Shown here one piece after another: positions 50,231 to 63,664 of a stretch of DNA of 64,000 nt (position 1 is its first letter; each line of letters opens with the position of its first letter). The notes under the pieces were generated by a model. That model worked only from the letters and a program-made list of their open reading frames with translations, did not search any database and had not been told where the DNA came from. The position numbers and the translations under genes are program-made. This DNA comes from Camelus ferus (Eukaryota), in the NCBI RefSeq assembly GCF_009834535.1, contig NC_045696.1, positions 3,846,001 to 3,910,000 on the forward strand, in the 5' to 3' direction.

Positions 50231-53200
50231 GGCTCAGGAAGGAAGGAGGCACACAGGTGAAGCGCTGATTCCCTGCACTCCTGTAGTGAGCCACCCGAAT
50301 AATGGAAAATTACAAAGGCTGCTAAGGAGAGTTCCAAGGTGTTTAGAAAACCTGAATTGAGAGGAGGGTTGTTGACTTAGCCTGGGAGGTCGCGGAAGGT
50401 TCTCCAGGAAGTGAGGCTGGCGCCAACGTCTCCCGGAGAAGGGGTGGCGACTGGACGCGTGGGCAGTGCTTACCAAGGACAAGGAGCCTGGGGGAACCAG
50501 CGCTGCTGCAGGAGAGGGGGGTCTGGTAGGCCAGGTGGGGGGGAGCCCCCAGGGAGTCACTGGAGGGGCACTCTTAGCTTCCTCAGCTTTATCATGTGGC
50601 GCCTGCCTGTGTCCCCCAACCCCACCGACCTTTACTGGACCAGTGAGGTCAGAATGAAAGGTCCCGGCGCCATTTCTAGGGCCTAGGGGAGTGCTTGGAG
50701 CTTGGCCCCTTGGTGCTCTGGGCTGCTCCACCCTGGCTCAGTCACCTTACTTGTAGGAGACACTTTGGCCACACTGGTACCATCATGATACCAGTGGATC
50801 GGCACTTTCTTCCAGGCAGGCATCATTCCAAGCTCTGTAGAATGGATTTAACTCAGTTGTGTGGAAATTGAGGCAGAGAGCTGAAATAACTTGCCCTATG
50901 TCCCGAGGCCTGTAGGGAGAACTGGGGATGAAGGCTGGTCATCTGGTTCCAGGGAAGCTGAGTGAGGCCTGGACTCCTCATGTGGTCGGGGCTTGTTCCC
51001 AGACAGGGCTGGTTTCCCCATCATCCAAGAGCAGGGGCCCCCTTGGGCTCCGATCTGCCCCCTTCCGGTGAGACCTGGGCGGGAGAGCAGGGGATGCTTC
51101 ACTGGGGCAGTGCAGAGAGCTAACCTCCCAGGTGGTGGGGCTGCAGGTGAAAATGTCCTTTAGGCGAGGAAGCGCAGAGACACGAACGCTAAGTGGGTAG
51201 TGATGGTCATCATTCTGTAAGTGGCTGACCACTGCTCTGGGCCCAGCCGGGGGTGGGGGTCAACCAGGAAGTACAAAAGTGAGAGCGGTGGCTCTCAGCC
51301 TTTTCCACCTAAACCTGTGGTGGGAGTCCCAGGGGCTTTGCTAGCATTTGGGGTCATGGCCCTGCATCAGCCTCTGATGGAATAGGAAATCTCATTTTCT
51401 GAGCCTTCCAGAGAATTCCAGGTTTGGGAACCAGGGGTCAAGTCTGAGCCTTGGGCATGGACGTAGAGAGGAAAGGCGACTGGGTCAACTTAGAGCCTGG
51501 TCAGCTTTGCTTACTTAAGGTGTGGACGCTGGCCCTGCTGGTGCGGAGGGTGGAGGAGGGGCACGCCAGGCCCCAGGTGCTCTTCCGCCTCTGCTGTTTT
51601 CACAGCTCTGGGTCTCCTGGGGTGGTCCTGCTTCCCACAGCTGCTCTTCCTGGCCCCTCCTTTACTTTTCAGGGGCCCTGCCGTTGGGTCTGCCCCAGGA
51701 TGAGTTGAGTGGCCTCTGGGGATGGGGTGCACGCACGGGTGTCACATGCCTGAGTGCTGAGGTCTGAGTCGGGCCAGCCGGCCTTAGTGAGTCCCTTGCT
51801 AGCTGGGTGTTGGGGAGCATTGGCTCGCAAGTCCCCAGGGCTGCAGGCCTGGGTGTAGGGGAGGGGACTCCTGGTGCCCCCGTGCCCTTGACCATCCTGG
51901 TTCCAGATCCACGTGGAGTCCTGGGGAGTAGCCAATGGCTCAGCTGATCATGCAGGCAGTTCTGGGGGACACACTAGAGGCAGAGCTTGAGGTCAGGAAG
52001 GAAGGGTATATGACCTGAGACTTGGTTTGCCCCGGCCACTGGACAGAGGTCAGGCGAAGAGGATTGGGAGTGTGGAAATGTCGTGGGCAGCCTAAGAGGC
52101 ACCGAGGGAGAATGGCAAACCCTGATTTTCTGATGGAGGTGTGGGCAGTTCCTTGGACTGTAAACACTGTGGAATTTGAAGAAGGAAGGTGACTTAAGCA
52201 TGCTTTTTCTCTTGTTAGAGGTGAGGAAGGAAGGAAGGACTTGCTGTATAGGTGGAAACTCCAGGCATTTCGTTTGTGTGTACAGAGTTAAGCCATCAGG
52301 CATTGGTGTGGGGAGTTGGAGGTGCAGGAGGGGGTGAGGATGCAGAAATGCGATAAGAAAGCACGAAATGTTTGAAGGCACCAGGTGAAGCCTGGAAGCT
52401 GAGGCAGGGTCAGGCTGGATGGGGAGCTCAGTCAAGGAGGACTGGGAAGAGGGGCTGTGGCGAGCCAGTGGACATTTGTTAGGAAAATATTTTCTAGTGA
52501 CTCTGAATTGGCAGATGAAACTAAGGCCCGGTGTTAATGATCGCTTGCTGGTGCGTGGCCCGGCGTCAGAATCCCTTTAAGGCCCTTGCTTTCTGAGGGC
52601 CTTCCCGGCAGCGCGCACACCTGGCCTCATTTGAGACTGGATCTGAACCCCGGACGTGTGGAGTTCATTCTTCAAGTTCTAAATCACAGGGAATAAAGGA
52701 ACATCATGTCTGGCCTCGCAGCTCAAGCCCAGTTTGGTTCTAGAATGTGTTTGAGAAACGATCTTCCAGGCCTGGAGCAAACTTTTCTTGGTTTGAGGAA
52801 CTCTGTTTCTTCCAAAGCAACCCAGTCAATATTGAAACATTCTCATTGTTGGAAACTTGGTTTCCCTGGATTGAGCTAAACCTGCCTTTCTGATATCGCT
52901 GACCATTTTGATGCTGGATTCAGAGTCTGCTTTCCACATGACAGTCCCTTAGCTGCCATCAGTATCTCATTACTGAGGGCTGCCGTGTGTTGGGGTCGGT
53001 GCTAGGACACTCACACACTTATCTGTTACGTCTATTTCACAGACTGACCTGGGCAGGTTCTTCCAACCTTAGACAGTGGCCTTTGCACATTGTCCCTCCT
53101 GGAGGGACCGGGCCCCTCTCCAGCCCACCTGTCATGGCAGCATGCAGTCAGTTTTGTGCACCAGACCTGTGAGGTTACCCACATCCTCAATTTGGAGGCT

Positions 53201-56200
53201 GTTTTTTTTTTTGGTGTTTTTTTTTTTTTTTTTCAGGTGCAGGCTTTCCAGCTCTCTCTCTCTTAAATTTCATCTTACTCATTTGGCCTTTGGGATACCT
53301 AAAAAAAAAAAAAAAAAGGAAGACTTTCTTTGTATGGTACAAAGCTAGATTTTAAAAAAAACAAAGGACCAGACCCAATTCCTGCCCTAAAAAGTTTGCA
53401 ATCTCGTTTGGACAATGAGGCATTCATAGAAAAAGAGACCTGGATGAGGCAGGCAGGGCCTCTCCTGAGCTGGCGTGCCCGCCCCACTACCCTGTGCCGG
53501 TCGCTGCGCATGCCATTTGTCTGATCGCCTTAGCCTTGTTTATATTGAACTCTTCCTTAAACCCACCACTGTCTGTTAGCTTTCCTCTAGCAGTGCATTT
53601 TATCCCCAACAGTCGAGAGCATCTTTACGTATAATGTGATTTTATGCAGTGGTTAAGGCATCAGTGATCTGCTGATCATCCATCTGCTCATTGGGTAGGG
53701 AGTGTCTGTTGCTCCTGCTTGCTGTGGAGTTTGAAGAAGGGGTACCGAATCTGAGGTCAAGGAAGTGCGGTGGAGGGGCTTACAGCCCATCACACCTCAT
53801 CATACTGCCAGCATCTCAAGGCACCTGGAGGGCTCAACTCAGGAGCATGTGCATGAATGGCGGTGTGTGGAGAAGTCAGTGGAGCCTTCATTATAGGGGA
53901 AATTCCTACCCCTGATGTGAGTCAGTGTCTATGAGATTGACCTCATTTGTGTTGGTTTAGTAGTTTTCAAAATAAGCCTCCAGTGTGTTCTGAGATCAGA
54001 GGAGCGATAGCGCAAGAAGAGACTCCTCTGATTTGGAAATAGTTTCATTACATCAAGGGGTGCAGGAAGGAGGGATGGCCGGCAGGTGACTCGAGGCATG
54101 AGTCAGCTCCCCCGAAGGAAAGCCAGAGTGGACAAGACAGCCGTGTTCCGTTGTGTGACTCGAGTGGACGGCGTTGGAGCAGGGCCTCCCCCCGAACAGG
54201 GAGGGGGCGGGGCTTCGGCTCGTGTTCTCTCTGTCACTTCAAGGAGAGGTGCGCCATTAAGACTGGCTTTCATGAATCAAGGGCAATCACCTGTATCCTT
54301 TAACAGATGGGACAGAACATTCGAGAAACAGTGTTGTCTCTCACCATCCAGGTTGTCTTGCCCCTTTCAGGGACCAGTTAAAGAGACGTGCTGCCTTTTG
54401 TGGGCCTGGAATGGCTGGTTTTGAAGATGAGCGGCACAGAACGTGCTCTCCTGGTCTCCTTGGACAGCGGGGCGTCTCCCGTCGGATCCAGTTCCCAAGG
54501 GAGACGCTTCTCCCTTCTTTCCTCTTTGGCCACTGGGAATCAGAGGCAGCACGACTCTCACCTTCTCTCCCAAAGTCCGTGGTGGCGGGTCTGGGCGTGG
54601 CTGGTGCTCTGGTTCAAAGGCTCTATGGGCTGTGGGGTCGCTGGATGAGATAGGATTGTGCTGCGATTATTGCTGGCTCCTGGGCTTATACTGGGCCATT
54701 CATGGCCATGGCCCCCTGGTGCCCCTTCCTCTCCTGGCTTCCTGGTCTCTCGCTGTTAGGGATCTTGAATGAACAGAAAGCGTGGATTTCAAGCACTGAT
54801 TCATTCCTCCCTTCAGAGGGCTCTTAAACTGGGAAAGCAGCCAGTGGTATCGAATTTTCATTTCCTGAAACTTCAACCAAACCTATAACTGGTGAGATAG
54901 CTCAGGGGCACAGGGAGCTACCGCCTGAGGGCAGAGAAAGCAGCGGGTGAGAGTGCCCACCAGGGCGGGTCTCCCTTGAAACTGATCTGAGGAAGGTGGG
55001 ACTTTTCTGCTTAGACTAGAGGATTGCGCTGCTGTCAAGTCTCAGGACCCTCTCTTTTTACAGAGCAGACGTGGGAAAGGTTATTAATATGCGATAATCA
55101 CGTCCACTTACAGGCTGAAATGTCATGTATGTTCTAAATTGTGATCTCTTCCTCCTGTACACAGGTCAGGTTTCTTTCCTCATACCCAGAAGGTGTTGAC
55201 TCTTTTTTCTAGTCTTAAAAAAAATCTCAAAGCTATCAGTACGAACTGGTCTTTTTATCTTTATTTGAAGAGTTAATAAATGAGCTGGTGCATTTTTCTT
55301 GTGACTTGTTCAACAAGGTCTCCCAAGATTAAACAGCCATACTCAATATTTTTATTTATAGCAAGTTGATGTTGGTTTGTTTTTTTTTAAAGTGCAATGA
55401 GTCAAATAATAACTTTGCTTGGGAGGCAGAGGGGCAGAGCCGGCTGGCACCGGCTCTGCAGCGTTTGGGCTCCACTGGGTTTTCAGAGCTGGCGGATTTT
55501 GTGTCGACATCTCAGGATCACTTTCCAGATGCAAATCTTAGAATCTGCAAATGCTCCAAATGAGGCCCACCCTGCCTCTGTGGGCTCTTCAACATGTACC
55601 AGCTTTGCAATCACTTTTATTTAGCGAAAACATATGGAGCCCTGATTGTGTCCCAGGCACTCAGAACTTCACTGTCAGCTCGTTTTGCTTCCCTGATGAC
55701 CCTAGAGCGGCTGCCAGTGTCAGCCTCCTTTGCACGGGAGGACACCGAGGCTCGGAAGCCCCATCTGACCTGCCCAGGTCGCAGCCAGCCAGTGCCTGAG
55801 CGGGGTCTGGACCCGGGGTCTGGTCCCCGAGGTCGAGGCTGCCGCGCTGCCCCCGGCTGTTTGAGCACCTGCTGTGTGCCGGGCACCTTGCGGGGAGAAC
55901 CTTCACGCCTGATCTGGCCGGCCTTGAGGCCTCGAAGCCTCGAAGCTCAGAGCTTTCTTCTCTCTGGGGACGCGGCCCTGGGGGCACGTGATGGCAAAGG
56001 CCGTTTCCTGGAGCCTGCTTGGTCATTTCAAGGCAGCCGGGAGCAGAGGACAAAAGCTGTCCCTCGCTCGTGACGGGAGAGTGACGTCGGACGGGCTTTA
56101 CTATGAGGCCCCTCATGCCGAGGTCTTCCTAGCTACTGCTGTTAGCTGTTCACAGACGTCGGCAAACGAGGTGACCGGAGCTTTCTTGTCACTACCGATA

Positions 56201-56973
56201 ACCTTAGAAACCACCAAAATGCTTAGTTCTGAATTTCTTTCTTTTCTGGGTTTGGGGTAGGAAGTGGAGTAGCCAGTGGATGTGAATGTGTTTTAAGAAA
56301 ACTTTTTTTTAACATAACGTGTTTATTAACATCGAGGGGATTCCATACGGCTTCTCTGAAAAGTCAGGCGTGCCCTCCACCTGGGACTAAGCCCTACACC
56401 GCCCGCCCCACGGTGGGGTGGCGGCTGCTCCCTGGGCCCAAGGATGCTCCGTGGGGACGAGCCACAGCCCCGGCGTGCGAGGCATCTGCCTGCACCCTCG
56501 CGCTAAATCTCCACCTGGGCAAGCCAGTGTGATGTTACATCCACCTCTGTCCAAGCTTCCAAGAGCTCACCTGCCCAATGACTCCTCGGACGTAGCACTG
56601 CCGGGAGTTGACCCTGGGGCTTTGCCCTCCCCTCCCTGCTGCCAGACTCAATGTCCTCTCAGTCCTTGTGCGTGTATGCCTTCCCCGGATGCTCCTTTGG
56701 GTGGAGGTGACGTTGGGGAAGTCTGGGCTTCCCGGTGAGGCCGGCTCAGTGCAGCAGGCTCTTGACTTAAGGACCAAGCAACTGGGTCCCCGTCTTTTTC
56801 AGGCGGAGCAGCTGCGGCAGGAAGAGGTGGTGAGGTGAAGGTTAAGGTGACCGCACGAGGCCGCCGTGGTTCTGGAGAGAGGTAACCCTCGCCCAGACGT
56901 CCAGTCCTTTCCTGATTCATCTTCCGCACACTCGCCGGCATGGAAGTAATAGTCTTGCCCTTCCATCTTCTAG

Positions 56974-57029
56974 GTCACCTTGAACGTTCCAAATACCTGC
57001 CTTCCCCTGATGCTGCTGATAAAGTCAGG
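56974..57029 (+). other. TMPRSS2: TMPRSS2 exon 2, 5'UTR portion
   Basis: Pyrimidine tract + TAG acceptor (56971-56973), then GTCACCTTGAACGTTCCAAATACC. Confidence 0.9.
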
Positions 57030-57044
57030 ATGGCTCTAAACTCA
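57030..57044 (+). CDS. TMPRSS2: TMPRSS2 exon 2 coding part (MALNS)
   Basis: AGGATGG Kozak context, ATG GCT CTA AAC TCA|GTAAGT, phase 0. Confidence 0.95.
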
Positions 57045-59007
57045 GTAAGTGTTTAATTATTAGCTTCCTGGCCTTTCCTCTGCTCCCTGTTCCTTCTGTT
57101 GCTTCCAGCGATGTGTGGGGGTCAGCATTTTAAGAGCTGCTTGCAGGGAATGCCTGTGCTCCAAGGATGCTCTGAAGGCATTCTTGGGGTTGGGGCTGAG
57201 CAGGAAGGGGTGGGAGGGGAAGCCATGTGGCAGTTGGACAGATGGGGGTCTTGGAGCTGCTGGGTGGGGTGGGTGATGTGATCTCCCAGGGCCTCTTCTC
57301 TTCCACTCTGAGTGAGGGTGGGGCAGGGGTCAGGGGTGGGGCAGGGGACAGAGAGAGGCAGAGGGAGTGAGTCCCCTGGAGGAAAGTGTGCGGGATCCCC
57401 CGGCCAGCAGACCACAGTGTGGCCTTGCTTCCAGGTGGGCTGGGACAGGCCACGGTTGAGTCGGACACTGCGCTGACCGCCCCTCAGCCCTCCCTGAGAC
57501 CCTCCCGCAACACACACTTCGGCGACAAGCGCACTGCCTTTATTCTCCATCATACACACATCACCGACTCACCTTGTACCTGCGAGTGAGCACATTAAAT
57601 AAAGCATTAATAACAGAAATCTGCGGTTAATAACAAAAGTTTTCCGTATCTTCTGTCTGGAAAACAGATCTTTGATTTCCTCACCCCTGCACCTGGTGGG
57701 ATTTCTTTTCACTGGATCCTTTTAAAATGTCAAGTCCAGGGCAGAGGCGTTCACAGGGACAAAGCACGGGGCTTGCTGCGACCTTCCCGGGAAGGACAGT
57801 GTGTTCTTAGAGGCCAGCGCCTGTGCGGTGGTGGCTGTTGGTGTGTTTTTTGCCTCTGGCACCATCATTTAGATTAGAGATTACATTTCATTTTCCTTTT
57901 CTGTTGCTGCTCTGGTTTAGAGTGTAATCTTTGGACTTTTGAAGGAGCCCGTTGGTGAGTTATTAAGCTCCTGTTTGGCTCAGTGGTTTATAACCGCACT
58001 CCCTGGAGGCCCCTTTAAAATTCTAAGCACTCCATTGCTTTTAGTCAACAAGAGACAAGGGGCAAAATTAATGGGTGAGAAGTTGTCTTGCACAGGGACA
58101 CTCAGATCAGGGGGCAACCGTGGCCTCCCAGAGTGTCCCAGCCAGTGGGCAATCCAGGGGACCTGGGGAGGGCAAGGTCACAGGCTGCTGGGGTCCGGAG
58201 GGGCCTCTGGGGGGCGGGGTCTTGAGGGGTAGGTCTGGAGAGGGCAAGTTTTAAGCAAGCAGAGTGGGAGGAGAGGGCTTTCTAAGAAGACAGAAGCCAG
58301 TCGAGAATGGAGCTGAGAGTGAGGCTGGCTGGCTCCCTCCACACTTCTGGATGGACACACTGCACCCCAGAAATTCCACTCCCAGGGGCAGAGTTGCTGA
58401 GCACACTCTCCACACAGTCGCAACTGCTGTAAGGTTGCTCACAGCAGTGGAGCTGCTAGCAGCCCCACCAACACACACAGAATTGTAAACCGTTCAGGTA
58501 GATTTCTTAACCTCTGTCACTCACATTCCTGTCTGCAAAATGGGCATATTGATCACCCCTTAGGGGGTCACGGTGTCATCCTAGGGGCTCTGGTCAGGTT
58601 TCAAGGAGACTATGAATGCAGACGCCCCGCAGCAGCAAGCTCTCAAAGGTCAGCGATCACTGTTCTCATTACAATTCTGGTCTTGCTAGTTCGTAACTTT
58701 GCAGCCCATTCTCAGGGCGTAGGACATTGACTCACTCTCAGACTTCTATGCATTTTTTCTTGAGTTTGTTACAAAGTCTCAATGTCAATTTAAAAAAATA
58801 GTAGACAAACACAAAGCAAAAACTATTGCCAATTAGTTTAAAACGTGCTGGTTAGTTTATTTTAGGTGAGGTCAGTATTTGGCATAATGGAAGATGCCCC
58901 CGGGGAATCTGTGGCTCTGTTCCAGGGCCTTGTCTGAGTGCGACGGGCTGTGCAGTCGCCTGCTAGGATAATCAGGGTTTACATCGTTCATCTTTCTCGT
59001 TGTTCAG

Positions 59008-59230
59008 GGATCACCACCAGGAGTCGGACCTTACTATGAAAACCATGGGTACCAACCCGAAAGCTTCTATCCTCTGAAGCCCTCTGCGGCCTCCAGTGCC
59101 TACATGGTGTATCCGGCTCAGTATTACCCGCCTGCGGTGCCCCAGTATACCCCGAGGGTTCAGACGCACACTTCGACACCCGTCATCCGCATGCAGCCCA
59201 AACCCCCGTCGGAGACAGTGTGCACCTCAA
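59008..59230 (+). CDS. TMPRSS2: TMPRSS2 exon 3, cytoplasmic tail
   Basis: CAG|GGA...TCAA|GTAGGT; 223 nt; GSPPGVGPYYENHGYQPESFYPLKPSAASSAYMVYPAQYYPPAVPQYTPRVQTHTSTPVIRMQPKPPSETVCTS. Confidence 0.97.
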
Positions 59231-60387
59231 GTAGGTCCCCTTCTGCATGTATTTCCTCTAACGGAACCCGGGCCTTGGGTCTGCCTTCCCCGGGGGGCCC
59301 TCTGCTCCCCCTGGCTCTGCTGCCGGCTCTCCTCTGCCTACCGGGCAGGTCTGTCCCAGGATCCTCTCACCTCTCCCCCGCTGCATCAAAGCTGCAGCCC
59401 GGGTCTCGCCTCCGGCCTGGGGGACGCCCGGCTGCAGAGACCTTCATCTCCCGTTATTGCTCGTGTGCCAGCTTGGCCAGTACCACCCAGGGGGGGTCTT
59501 TCCAGCCAGGTTTCCCTGAACTGCTTTTTGCCAGTTCATCTTGAGCAGATGGTAAGCCCCCAGCACAGGAATAAGCGAGCCAACCTTCCTTCATGGTACT
59601 GATCCCTGGACACGTGCTCAATGAGTATTTCGTGTTCGGTGAATGAAGTGGCTGGTGGGGCTGTTGCACAGAAGCAGCCACGACATTTCTCTTGGCTATG
59701 AGGATCTTGAGGACAGACCTGAGCGGCCGAGGAGGAGGGCTGAGGGATCAGAGGTCGCGTGTCCTCACCCATCACCTTAATTCCACATCTTTCTTATCTC
59801 ATTCGTCTGTCTCCTTTCCCTCTGACCCTGTTGCCACGCCCCTCTTTTAGTGCAGGCTCATTTACATGGCAGGAGCCACCCAGGCAGGACTGGCAGAGCG
59901 GTAGACCTGCACAGCACACTGGTTCTAGCACAGGGCTAGTGCCGGGGCTCACTCAGTGAACACTTGCATTGATAGGGTTTTTATTTTGTGAGATATGCAA
60001 TCAGACACACACAGCTCATGCAGTTAAAGATGAATGGCAGGTGGATTTCCACGCCACCATAGCGGCAGTGGGTCATACTCGCGCTCTCTGAAGCCCCAGG
60101 CCCCCCCAGACCTCTCCCACACTTCCTGAGCGCCTTCACTCTTGTATTTCTGCCTCCAGCCTGGCCTCTGCCCCCCGATGCTTCACAGGTGGCCCTTCCA
60201 TCCTTCCTTCTCCCCACTGCTACTCTCTTCCATCCTTGCATTTTCTACCCCTTGAGGGTCCTTCCTCCTTAATCACCCCTGCTCCTTTCCTCTGTGGCTC
60301 TCTTTCCCTCCATCAGTTTCTTTCAAATCAAGGAAATGCTCGTCTCTGCACTTATGTCCTTCTGGCAGTGGCTGGGTAGGTTGAGAC

Positions 60388-60594
60388 TAGTGACTCCTAA
60401 TTGGGGCGATTTTGACCCCTAGGGACATTTGGCAATGTCTGGAGACAGATTTGCTGTTATAAACTTGGGGGAGTGATACTGGCATCTCCTGGGTAGGTAC
60501 CACTGACACTGCTAAACATCGTAGTGTGTAAGATGCCCCCTGACCAAGAGGGACCCAGCCAAGACGCCAGTGCTGCCAAAGCTGAGGACTTCTG
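60388..60594. mobile_element. MER20 hAT-Charlie element in intron 3
   Basis: GGGGCGATTTTGACCCCTAGGGACATTTGGCAATGTCTGGAGACA...ACTGGCATCT...CTGCTAAACATC. Confidence 0.85.
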
Positions 60595-61024
60595 GCCTCG
60601 GTCCACCATGAAGGTTGGAGGCAAGCCAGGCCGAGGAGGGTTAAGGATCTCCTGACAGGGGCATCTGCCTCCCCAAGAAAGAATACCAAGGGTGGTCAGA
60701 AAAACCAAGGGTCCTCTTGAGGTCAGCATTTTCAAAAGGGGGTGCTCAGACCAGTGACTGTCCAATCCGGGTGCACAAGAGGGTCCCACTTGCCTAATAA
60801 GCACATTTCAACTTTTCTGGAGGAAAATGCAGTGATGACAGAGAGTGGGACAGGCATGTATAAATCCCTCATCTGTTGCTTCATAAGGAAAGACTATGAG
60901 CCTACATGGATGACTTTGCATGAAAAAACTGTCCTTTAAAAGCTAGCTTAGTGACCACACTTAAACTTTAAAACACTTCATTGACTTCTATAGAAACACA
61001 TACCTTTTATAAGTGTGATGTTTG

Positions 61025-61450
61025 ATCTTGGAAGTATTTTTTTTAATGAATAGACTATTCTTTAGAGTAGTTTTAGGCTTATAGAACAATTGAGGAGGGA
61101 GTTCCCATGAACCCTCTTCTGTCCGCCCCACGTTTCCCTTTGCATCTTGCCTAAATGTGTCACATTTGTTACAATTGATGAACTGATATTGAAACATTGT
61201 TATTAACTAAAGTCCATAGCTTTACATTAGGATTACATTCTTTTTGCTGGATATTCTCTAGGTTTTGATGAATGTATAATAATGTGTCCAGGATTACAGT
61301 CTCACACAGAGCAGTTTCCCTGCCCAGGAGGTCCTTGGTGTGCTGCCTGCACATCCCTCCCCCCAGCCCTTGGCAACCGCTGGGCTTACTGTCCCCATCG
61401 TGTTGCCTTTTCCAGAATGTAGAGTGGGAAGCCTGTAGCCTGTCAGAGCC
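61025..61450 (-). mobile_element. L1MC-like 3' end in intron 3
   Basis: CACATTTGTTACAATTGATGAACTGATATTGAAACATTGTTATTAACTAAAGTCCATAG. Confidence 0.75.
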
Positions 61451-61587
61451 TTGACAGTATTTTGCAAGTTACTTAAGTGACACAAATTCAAGGGAACTCC
61501 ATCAGGATTGCAAGGAACATGAAATTTGAGAGTCTGATTTCTAAGAAATTCGACCACTAAATTGTGTCCTCACTTCTTTTCCTCCAG

Positions 61588-61674
61588 AGACTAAGAAAGT
61601 GCTGTGCGTCACCCTTGGCCTGGGGGCCATCCTAGTGGGAGCAGTGCTGGCTGCCGTCCTGCTCTGGAAGTTCA
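61588..61674 (+). CDS. TMPRSS2: TMPRSS2 exon 4, transmembrane helix
   Basis: CCAG|AG ACT AAG...AAG TTC A|GTAAGT; 87 nt; (K)TKKVLCVTLGLGAILVGAVLAAVLLWKF, a type II TM anchor. Confidence 0.97.
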
Positions 61675-62241
61675 GTAAGTGCTGAGGAGCTGCCCTGAGC
61701 CGGAGAGGGCCAGGTCGTGGGGGGCTGGCCCTTCCGCGCCCCTGCTCTCTGGGCTGGGGGACCATCCCACAGTCCCTCTTGAAGTTTCCCACCTCTTGCC
61801 TTCTGTTTGGTTACGTGATGCGTGAATAACCTTCCTTGAAAGCAGCCAGTCTGGTCTGTGTGCTTCATTGTAATCTGTGGTTTGTCAAGATCCCATGTGC
61901 TTTGTGTGGCATGGACACACGGGAGAAGCGTGTGGCACTTACCCTGTGCTTTGGGGCACTAGGTGGCACCTGGCATTCGTGAGCACGGCTGCCCCACCTG
62001 GGGCCACACCTGGTCCCTGTATCTCAGTGTTCAGCGGTGGCTCCCCGGGCCACCTCCTGTAACCCAGTGCAGGTCTCCTCCATCAGCCCGGGGCAGCGTT
62101 TGTGGACTGCAGGACTCACCTGTGTGGCAGAGAGGACGGGGGCGCGCTGTCCAGATTCAAGGCTAGGGGTCCTTCCCTCCGCCCGGCAGTAACGGACCCG
62201 AGGGGCTCGGCGTTGCTGACGGCCAGCCCCGGTTCCTTTGA

Positions 62242-62658
<417 letters not shown>

Positions 62659-62854
62659 TAAGCCAGGTTTTCAGATGAGGAGACAGGCTCAGAGTGGGTG
62701 AGCTGCTGCCTGACATCGCACAACCGGGGTCCGGGGAGGGAGAAGACAGCCCAAGGCCAGGCCAGCGTGTGCACCCAGCTGCCACAGGATGTCATCTCTT
62801 GGCAGCTAAAGCGAGCAAACTGTTTAAAAGATAAAGTTGGGAGTGCGCTGTGCC

Positions 62855-62982
62855 TTTTTCTTTAAAAAAAAAATTTTTTACGGTAACTAGGTTTGTTTAT
62901 TATTTAATGGAGGCACTGGGGATTGAACCGAGGACCTCATGCATGCTAAGCACGCGCTCTACCACTGAGCCACACCCTTCCC
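62855..62982 (-). mobile_element. Vic-1-type SINE in intron 5
   Basis: GGAGGCACTGGGGATTGAACCGAGGACCTCATGCATGCTAAGCACGCGCTCTACCACTGAGCCACACCC. Confidence 0.9.
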
Positions 62983-63664
62983 ACGCCTCGCTATGTGTTT
63001 TCTAAACAAGCTGAACTTAAAGCGATCTGTTGTCACAGGTGGGCACCTCTTCTGCTTCTATAATTTTCTATTAATTATTTCAGGGGTGGTAAAGTCCTGC
63101 AAAGGGGAAATCGATTCTCTAGTCCGAGGGCTGCGCTAATATCCACCGATGGCCGTACCAGAGCCTGAAGTCTGCTGTGTGCTCTGGGAGCCATTAGCAT
63201 TTAATGCAGGTGGTGCCAGAGAAAGGCCGTGCTCGTGGGACCTGCAGGAACCTGCAGCTCCCTGCCCCGGGAGTGTTTGCACGTGTCAGTGGCTCACTCA
63301 CTCCCTAAACTGTCAGCGGAGTGCCTTGCCTTTATTTTGGTGATAATATATTTGTCATCATTTTCTTAAGTAAAGGAGGGAGCTTTTGAGATTGAGCAGA
63401 TGTGGTTAAGATGTCAGGCGGTTTTCCTGCACACGCGCGTGTGTCAGTAAACTCCAGCCAGACAAACATGTAATGTTCCTTGGAGAGACTTTCTCGCTCT
63501 CTTCTTAGTATTGAAGTTGTATTTGTTTAAATACTTTGAGTCCATGTGCTCAAATAGATCAAAATTCAGAAAGTCCCTAAGGGTGTGCAGTGAAAAATCT
63601 CATCTCCCCACTTCCCTTACACTCACACACAACACACACACACACACACACAAATGCACTCACA

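Noticed and set aside
57784..57793. Palindromic TTCCCGGGAA STAT-like site in intron 2
   Set aside because: Single isolated motif, expected by chance in 64 kb, with no supporting cluster
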